From Parcubacteria group bacterium Licking1014_17 (GTDB lineage Bacteria; Patescibacteriota; Minisyncoccia; 2-02-FULL-40-12; IGHO2-01-FULL-4-A), in assembly GCA_007376485.1 (NCBI GenBank), contig VMGJ01000001.1:113922-177921 (forward strand): a stretch of 64,000 nucleotides of DNA, given 5' to 3'. The translations under genes were made by a program, and so were the position numbers. Shown piece after piece: positions 58,138 to 64,000 of this stretch. Under the pieces are notes generated by a model. It saw only the letters and a list, made by a program, of their open reading frames with translations. It ran no database searches and was not told the DNA's origin. How positions within the stretch are numbered: position 1 is the stretch's first letter; each line of letters starts with the position of its first letter.

Positions 58138-59940
58138 TTAAGACCTTGTCGGCGGAATGTTAAAATAATTTAACAAATAACGGGTAATATCGCCAAAAGT
58201 TGACGGCAGGGTGTTTGACGCGAATTTAGCGCCGACCGGCTTGTCAATCCTTAAAAGAATCGAAAATCTGGGTGCGTATGCCGGCGCGAATCCGACGAAG
58301 TCGTGTATGAACTCATCATTGCCCAAATATCCCCCCTCCGGGTCGGGAATCTGGGCGGTACCGGTTTTCCCCGCGACATCGTAACCGTCCACTTTAGCCT
58401 TATCAAAACCTTTGTCAACCACATCAACCAGCATTGATTTCATCAAAGCCGAAGTTTTTTCTTTTATCGCCATATTTAATATCTTCGGGTTAATTTTGTC
58501 GTGCGTTCCGTCCGGGCGGACTATTTCTTTGACCACGTGCGGCCACATTATTTTTCCGCCGTTGGCTATCGCCGAATAAGCCGTTATTAATTGTATCGGG
58601 GTAACGGCAATGCCCTGCCCGAAAGAAGCCGTGGCAAAATTCACTTTTCTTCCGGAATAAAGATTAGCGATACTGCCCGATATTTCGCCGGCAAGATCCA
58701 CGCCTGTTTTCTGACCGAAACCGAAGTTTACCACGTAGTTCAGAAAATTATCGTCACCCGTCCTTTTCTGGGCAAATATTGCCCCCGTGTTCAGCGAAAA
58801 TTCCAACACCTGTCTCATTGTTTGAACACCATGCGCCTTTTCATCGTAGTTTTGGATGGTAAAATCGTCAAACTTTACCTGCCCGGGGTCCCTATATGTG
58901 GTTTCGGGTGTTACTGCGCCGGTATCCAGCGCCGCCGCCATGGTTATGCTCTTAAAAGAAGAACCGGGTTCAAAGTATTCCTGGATGTTTGGATTAATAT
59001 AATTATCCATTTTAAAATCATTGTAATTGTTGGAGTCGTAGCCCGGTGAAGCAACCATCGCCAAAATTTCACCGGTGTTCGGGTCCTGAACGATAGCCAT
59101 GCCTTTTTCCGGAGTCCAGCGCTTCATTAGCTCATTCAGTTTGGTACTCACATATGATTGAATATTGGGGTCAATAGCCAGAACTAAATCAACTCCTTTA
59201 TACCCCGCGCTGCCGTCAGCGCTGTTTTCGCTGTTTTTGTCAGTGTTATTCGCGGTTTTATCCCCATTCAGCTTCAAGAAATTATAAATTTTCGAATAGG
59301 TCTCGTTGCCCAAAATTTCCTGTGTTTTAAGTTTCCCGCTCAAAAAATCTTCATAATAGCCCTCAACTCCGTATTGACCGATTCTTTCTTCGCCTTTAAA
59401 CCCCACAAATCCCGATACCGACGAAATCTCCGGGCTGAATTGGTATTGTCTGCTTATTTCCGAAGCCGACGATATCCCGTCAACCTTAAGTTTTGTTATT
59501 TTATCCGCCTGCTCTTTGGTTATATTGTGAGCCAGAACCTGGTAGCTTTTACCTGCTTCATTCAGTTTGGTTTTCAGTTCTTCAACCGGAATATTCACGA
59601 TTTCCGAAACTTTCACGGCCGCGTCGTCGGGCGATTCGATTTTATAATTATTGCCGAAAACGAAATACGAGTTTTTATTGGCGGCTGCCAAAACATTATT
59701 TCCGGTTGATAAATCGGATAAATAAATCCCGCCCCTGCCCGCCAGCAAAGCGGAAGGGTTGTTGTATTGGCTTTTCGCTTCCTGAACAAAGTACGAATGT
59801 TGGAAAAACATCACCGAAATCAATCTATAAAATATAACAGCCGAGCCAAACAGAACAAAAAAAGCGCAAACATAAAGTCTCGCGCCCGATAAGCCCCGGT
59901 TATGATTTAATGCCCCGTTTGCTCTTAATGGCACGGCCAT
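58138..59940 (-). CDS. ftsI: Class B penicillin-binding protein (FtsI-like)
   Basis: EPGSSFK (SxxK), SLN, KTGTAQ; dcw position. Confidence 0.9.
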   Translation of the reverse strand: MAVPLRANGALNHNRGLSGARLYVCAFFVLFGSAVIFYRLISVMFFQHSYFVQEAKSQYNNPSALLAGRGGIYLSDLSTGNNVLAAANKNSYFVFGNNYKIESPDDAAVKVSEIVNIPVEELKTKLNEAGKSYQVLAHNITKEQADKITKLKVDGISSASEISRQYQFSPEISSVSGFVGFKGEERIGQYGVEGYYEDFLSGKLKTQEILGNETYSKIYNFLKLNGDKTANNTDKNSENSADGSAGYKGVDLVLAIDPNIQSYVSTKLNELMKRWTPEKGMAIVQDPNTGEILAMVASPGYDSNNYNDFKMDNYINPNIQEYFEPGSSFKSITMAAALDTGAVTPETTYRDPGQVKFDDFTIQNYDEKAHGVQTMRQVLEFSLNTGAIFAQKRTGDDNFLNYVVNFGFGQKTGVDLAGEISGSIANLYSGRKVNFATASFGQGIAVTPIQLITAYSAIANGGKIMWPHVVKEIVRPDGTHDKINPKILNMAIKEKTSALMKSMLVDVVDKGFDKAKVDGYDVAGKTGTAQIPDPEGGYLGNDEFIHDFVGFAPAYAPRFSILLRIDKPVGAKFASNTLPSTFGDITRYLLNYFNIPPTRS

Positions 59941-59950
59941 TTATGATATT

Positions 59951-60310
59951 TCAATTATTTAAAGAATCACTGTACGCGAAACCGTTCCGGTCGTAAAGCG
60001 TTTCGATAACTTTTGCCTCCACCATGCCTGCGCGCCGGGCATAATCGGCAATTTCACTGGTGTTATACGAATCCAGATTGCTTTTTATCAGCCCAAGCTG
60101 TCCCACTTTGTTCTTTTTAACGGAAGCGACATATTCCTGCGCCACTACATTATTGGAAAGGAACGCGTAACCGGCTATCGAAACCAAAACTATGGCTATG
60201 AGAAAAATATTAACCAGTTCAATAAATGTTCTTTTCTTCCGACCGGCGGAATATTCAAACAAGTTCCTTTGCATGGCGATGACATTAATTTTTGATTTTG
60301 CCGTTCTCAT
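59951..60310 (-). CDS. FtsL-like bitopic protein
   Basis: Single TM, ARRAGMV; between rsmH and ftsI. Confidence 0.65.
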   Translation of the reverse strand: MRTAKSKINVIAMQRNLFEYSAGRKKRTFIELVNIFLIAIVLVSIAGYAFLSNNVVAQEYVASVKKNKVGQLGLIKSNLDSYNTSEIADYARRAGMVEAKVIETLYDRNGFAYSDSLNN

Positions 60311-61212
60311 ATCATTTTTTTTATTATTCTTAATTTGGCGCTGCGGGCGCGGGGGTTTGATTCATTTTCCCCGGCGCCGGCGATTATCGGTTTTTTGTTT
60401 ATAAATTCTCCGGTTTCGTTTTTTATCTGCTCTCTTCCGAACAATTTCACGATTCTGTCTTCCAGCGAGTGGAAAGAAATCACCGCCAGCATGCCGCCGC
60501 GCTTCAGGATGTTGAACGCCGCCGGCAGTCCGTGTTTCAGATTATCAAGCTCGCCGTTGACTTCTATTCTCAACGCCTGGAATGTCCGGGTGGCAAAATG
60601 TATTTTCCCGTGCTTGTACCATCCGGGCACGGCGCTCCCGATAATTTCAATCAGCTCGCCGGTTGTTTCAATCCTCTTTTTCTCCCGTGCCTGAACAATT
60701 GCTCTCGCGATTTTTCTTGAAAGTCTTTCCTCGCCGTACTCGTAAATAATGTCGGCGAGTTTGTTTTCCGGATACCGGTTCACGATTGCCGCGGCTGTTT
60801 TGGATTCGCCGACGATATTCATTCTTTGGTAGCGCATATCGAGCGGTTCGTCTCTTGTGAAACTGAATCCTCTTTGCGACTCATCCAAATGCCAGCTGGA
60901 CATCCCGAGGTCAAGCAGGACGGCGTCGGCTTCGTGAATTCCGTTCTCGGTGGCGATATTCACGATATCGGCATAGTTTCCGTTCGCTAAAATCAGCGAG
61001 CCGGAAAAAGAGGAAGATTTATATTTTTCTCTGGCTTGTTCCAATAATTCCCCGTCTAAATCTATTCCCAGAAGCACTCCGTCGGGCTGAATTTTCTCCA
61101 GCAACGCCTGGGCATGCCCTCCTCCGCCAAATGTTCCGTCAACGACGACCTGCCCCTGTTTCAGATCCAGTTTTTCAATTACTTCATTTAAAAGAACCGG
61201 CTCGTGAATCAT
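60307..61212 (-). CDS. rsmH: 16S rRNA m4C1402 methyltransferase
   Basis: HEPVLL, DGTFGGGGH, DLGMSS, PLDMR, FQALRIEVN, SAKLR. Confidence 0.98.
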   Translation of the reverse strand: MIHEPVLLNEVIEKLDLKQGQVVVDGTFGGGGHAQALLEKIQPDGVLLGIDLDGELLEQAREKYKSSSFSGSLILANGNYADIVNIATENGIHEADAVLLDLGMSSWHLDESQRGFSFTRDEPLDMRYQRMNIVGESKTAAAIVNRYPENKLADIIYEYGEERLSRKIARAIVQAREKKRIETTGELIEIIGSAVPGWYKHGKIHFATRTFQALRIEVNGELDNLKHGLPAAFNILKRGGMLAVISFHSLEDRIVKLFGREQIKNETGEFINKKPIIAGAGENESNPRARSAKLRIIKKMI

Positions 61213-61643
61213 ATTACTCCCAGTTCGCCGAGTTTTTCGGCAATGCTGTCGCCTTTCTTTTCAATTTCGGATTTATAGGCTTGCCACTTCTCTTCGTCCC
61301 AAATTTCCAAGCGATTAAACAAGCCCGCTATTACGGCGTTCTTTTTCAGCCCCGCGTAGTCTCTTAAATAATCAGGTATAAGAATCCTACCCAGCTGGTC
61401 CATTTCAACTTCCACGGCGCCGGATAGCAGAAGGCGCACAAAGCTTCTCGTGTCCTGCTGTCCCAATGGCAGTGTTCCCAGTTTTGACGCCAGCTTTTCC
61501 CATTCATTTAAAGTAAACAAAAAGAGGCAATTATCCAGACCTCTTGTTAAAACCGCTTTCTCCCCCACTTCTCTGCGCAATTTTGAAGGCACAGAAAGCC
61601 TTTTTTTAGCGTCAATCGTGTGTTTGTATTCTCCGATTAGCAT
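61209..61643 (-). CDS. mraZ: Division/cell wall cluster repressor MraZ
   Basis: GEYKHTIDAKKRL, DQLGRILIP, RLEIWD. Confidence 0.98.
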   Translation of the reverse strand: MLIGEYKHTIDAKKRLSVPSKLRREVGEKAVLTRGLDNCLFLFTLNEWEKLASKLGTLPLGQQDTRSFVRLLLSGAVEVEMDQLGRILIPDYLRDYAGLKKNAVIAGLFNRLEIWDEEKWQAYKSEIEKKGDSIAEKLGELGVI

Positions 61644-61685
61644 TTTATTCTCAAAAAGTTATCCACAATTTCTATTAGTTATTAA

Positions 61686-61750
61686 CACTTCTATCCACTT
61701 CATTACACTATGGATACATTATATACCACTAAGATATCCACATACAACAC
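61686..61750 (-). promoter_or_regulatory. Probable MraZ-binding direct repeats
   Basis: AGTG(G/T) repeated at a 10-nt period upstream of mraZ, like known GTGG-N6 MraZ boxes. Confidence 0.65.
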
Positions 61751-61776
61751 TTTAAAAGGCCGACTATCTACAAAAA

Positions 61777-61809
61777 TGCCCTGCCACAAGTTGAGTTGTG
61801 ACAGGGCAT
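61777..61809 (-). terminator. Terminator
   Basis: ATGCCCTG.CACAA/TTGTG.CAGGGCAT with a T run on the minus strand. Confidence 0.8.
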
Positions 61810-61816
61810 CGAAATA

Positions 61817-62257
61817 TCATGCCGTGGTATCTACTTCTTCGGTCGGCAGTTCTTCCGGTTCTACCACCGACGGGACTCCAGAAAGAGCCGCGGTGACTTG
61901 TTCGGCTGTTGCGCAGACATAAACTTTTCTTTCAAAATCCCGCCCATTCCCGATGCAATCCCCGCTGGATATATAAACGACAGAGGGAGATTTGAACCGA
62001 AAGTCTGCATGGAGATCATTGATAAACGACGTCGAACTGCGACGGTCGCTTCCGACCACCAGTTCTGGCTCCTCGCCCGCATACAATGAACCGGCGCTGT
62101 AGCCGCCACTACCGAAGTGCTGACCACCACAGACGTGGATAGTCTTTACTTCGCCTTCGTTGACTTGGACCATTTCCACTTGTGTACCCAAAGGGGTACG
62201 ACCACGAGAAATGGCTTCCAACCAAGAATTGATCGAACCCTTGCTTTTGCTAATCAT
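61817..62257 (-). CDS. Hypothetical protein
   Basis: AAGGAG SD; TTGACG-18-TATAAT at 62368..62397. Confidence 0.7.
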   Translation of the reverse strand: MISKSKGSINSWLEAISRGRTPLGTQVEMVQVNEGEVKTIHVCGGQHFGSGGYSAGSLYAGEEPELVVGSDRRSSTSFINDLHADFRFKSPSVVYISSGDCIGNGRDFERKVYVCATAEQVTAALSGVPSVVEPEELPTEEVDTTA

Positions 62258-62475
62258 GACATTCTCCTTGATTCTCTCGTTTCCCTGCGGGATAGGCCGC
62301 TGAGCAGAAGCAAAACATAATATTTTATAAAAGAACTTTCCCGCTTAAATTCCGTTCTTACGCTTTCATTATAACATACTTGTAATATGTTCGTCAAGCA
62401 CTTAAAACCCCCATTTTAAGCCACTTTTTAGGGGTTCAAATTCATAAAATAACAATTCCCTGCCAGAGTTGTATC

Positions 62476-62550
62476 TGGTGAGCACAGAAGGGATCGGACC
62501 TTCGGCCTCTTCGATGTGAACGAAGCGCTCTACCACTGAGCTATGTGCCC
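62476..62550 (-). tRNA. tRNA-Val (CAC) with encoded CCA
   Basis: Cloverleaf; anticodon arm CTTCG-TTCACAT-CGAAG; T loop TCCGATC. Confidence 0.92.
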
Positions 62551-62669
62551 CTTATTATTATACGCCCAATAAGCAATTTTGAAATCACTTTGTGGTCGGT
62601 GAGTATTACTTTTCGGCGCTGTTCAGAGTTGTGGATTGCATGGCTGGCTTGAAGTATAATATCTCCACG

Positions 62670-63375
62670 TTAAATGCCGAGCCTATTTATGAGTTTCTCG
62701 TGGGGACCTTCCAGAAGCACGCGGACAAACCGGTCAAACATTCCTAGCCGGTAACGGAATTCGTCCTTGTCCATCACGGCAAAAGTCAGTTCTTTCCCCA
62801 CTTCGGCTTCCAGCGCCTTCAGAAAATTATTCAGCTTCCTTTTGTCTATGTCATCCCCCACTATAAGCAAGTCAGTGCTCAATGAGTTGTGGGTTTCTTT
62901 TTTCATAAAGATGCCGGAAATTACAGCCAGTCTAATCCGTCCCAGCCCGTTAATTTTCTCAATCATGTTCTTTTTCTCCGCCGGGGAAGATTTCAAAATC
63001 AAATCCCGCAATTCATCATAATGCTCAAACTCCGGATTGAGAACATAACAATCCTTCCCGGCGCGCACCCCCGGGTTGTTCTTTTTTGCCGCGCGTCCTG
63101 CCATTTTATTTCTCTTGGCTTTTCTACTCCTTCGTGTTTTCTTTTTTCTTTTTTTCGGCATTTTGGCTTAAAATTACTTTAGATCTTTTAGCGATTCTTA
63201 AAAGCCTGATTTCTTTCATTACTTTCAATTCTTTGCGGACAAGATTGATATCTTCCTGCGTGTGGTTTGCCGCGTCAAGGTCTGAAAAATATACGTCCGG
63301 ATTTCTGAAAAAAAACTTCAAAAGCTTGAAGCGCAAACCGGAACCAAACAAGATATCCAATGCGTGCTTTGACAT
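62670..63375 (-). pseudogene. HTH plus nucleotidyltransferase-like protein split by a +1 frameshift
   Basis: N part LFGSGLRFKLLKFFFRNP (63124..63375) and C part DLLIVGD (62670..63161) overlap across an A-rich run. Confidence 0.65.
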
Positions 63376-63475
63376 TTGCCGTGTGGATAGTAAAATTACA
63401 TTAAATGGTTTAACCCGCCCTCGCTATTAGTAAAAACTAATACGCAGGGTCTTACATGTCAATATTTGACATAAT

Positions 63476-64000
63476 ATGGAAAAAATAACATTGAAGCCGG
63501 TTGCGAAAGAATTACTTTTCGAAAATGGAGCGCCCAACGCCCACTATGACGTTTTGGTTTACGACGGCAACGGCTCGCAGGAGAAGAACCTGGGTTCTTT
63601 ATATACCATTTCCTATCTTAAACACGGTGATGAAGATCTCGGATATATTATGAGCCTTATTTCCTCGGTGGCTAAGCGCGAATACTATTCCAAACAATCA
63701 TTGATAGAACAAAATCCAAAGCAGGCATTTGAAAACACGCTGCGGAAGCTAAACGAGATTCTCGACGATTTTTATGAAAATAGGGATTTTGAATTGGACC
63801 TGGGATTGCTGGCTATTTCCGGCGGTTCTATTTTTATATCGCATCTCGGGAAATTCAAGATAGCACTGGCTCGCCAAGACGAATACATAGACATTTTGAA
63901 CAGCGTGGCTCTGTTTGATAAATCGAGTGAAGACGCCAGGAAATTTTCCAACGTGATGTCCGGCAAATTGGTGTCCGGAGATAAATTAGTTGCTTACCAT
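63476..64000 (+). CDS. CPR-type hypothetical protein, PP2C-like N terminus (partial; not in ORF track)
   Basis: Open frame MEKITLKPVAK...AFENTLRKLNE...FSNVMSGKLVSGDKL to the window end. Confidence 0.7.
   Translation, partial: MEKITLKPVAKELLFENGAPNAHYDVLVYDGNGSQEKNLGSLYTISYLKHGDEDLGYIMSLISSVAKREYYSKQSLIEQNPKQAFENTLRKLNEILDDFYENRDFELDLGLLAISGGSIFISHLGKFKIALARQDEYIDILNSVALFDKSSEDARKFSNVMSGKLVSGDKLVAYH

Noticed and set aside
30272-61667. TTATCCACA boxes at 30272, 50314 and 61659 as oriC
   Set aside because: Isolated single boxes, no cluster, and no dnaA/dnaN nearby; the mraZ-proximal GTGG repeats are better explained as MraZ sites.
173-63966. Many antisense or overlapping ORFs in the track (e.g. 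12288..12983, 16537..17127, and VGVG ORFs at 1817 and 43093)
   Set aside because: Shadow frames of well-supported genes or of PT repeats.

Overview
Gene-dense chromosomal segment from a small-genome bacterium. It is most likely Patescibacteria/CPR (Parcubacteria-like), inferred from the short AlaS, RpoA without an alpha-CTD, short L13, non-canonical EF-P loop and CPR-type hypothetical proteins. Contents: alaS, the infA-rpmJ-rpsMKD-rpoA-rplQM-rpsI cluster, murA-mreB with a glycosyltransferase/O-antigen-ligase/LCP surface-glycan cluster, ctpA, rplI, rpmA, gltX, priA-def-fmt, znuCB, efp, the hrcA-grpE-dnaK-dnaJ operon with CIRCE, cysS, dnaB-recR, rplU, a reduced dcw cluster and two tRNAs. No CRISPR, transposase or prophage was seen. 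The main unexplained signal is non-coding. (1) Four copies of a 115/193-195-bp inverted-repeat element all sit exactly in ATGA start codons, duplicate TGA(A) and rebuild the ATG with their terminal A. (2) About 13 full or partial copies of a 130-190-nt branched, covarying structured repeat superfamily share tandem G.A motifs, a GCNNGG bulge and a TCGCWGG loop. (3) About 30-nt palindromes are nested in these repeats, and one is in-frame in dnaK. In addition, core genes look leaderless or translationally coupled, whereas orphan single-gene cassettes carry their own promoter, a strong SD and usually a terminator.
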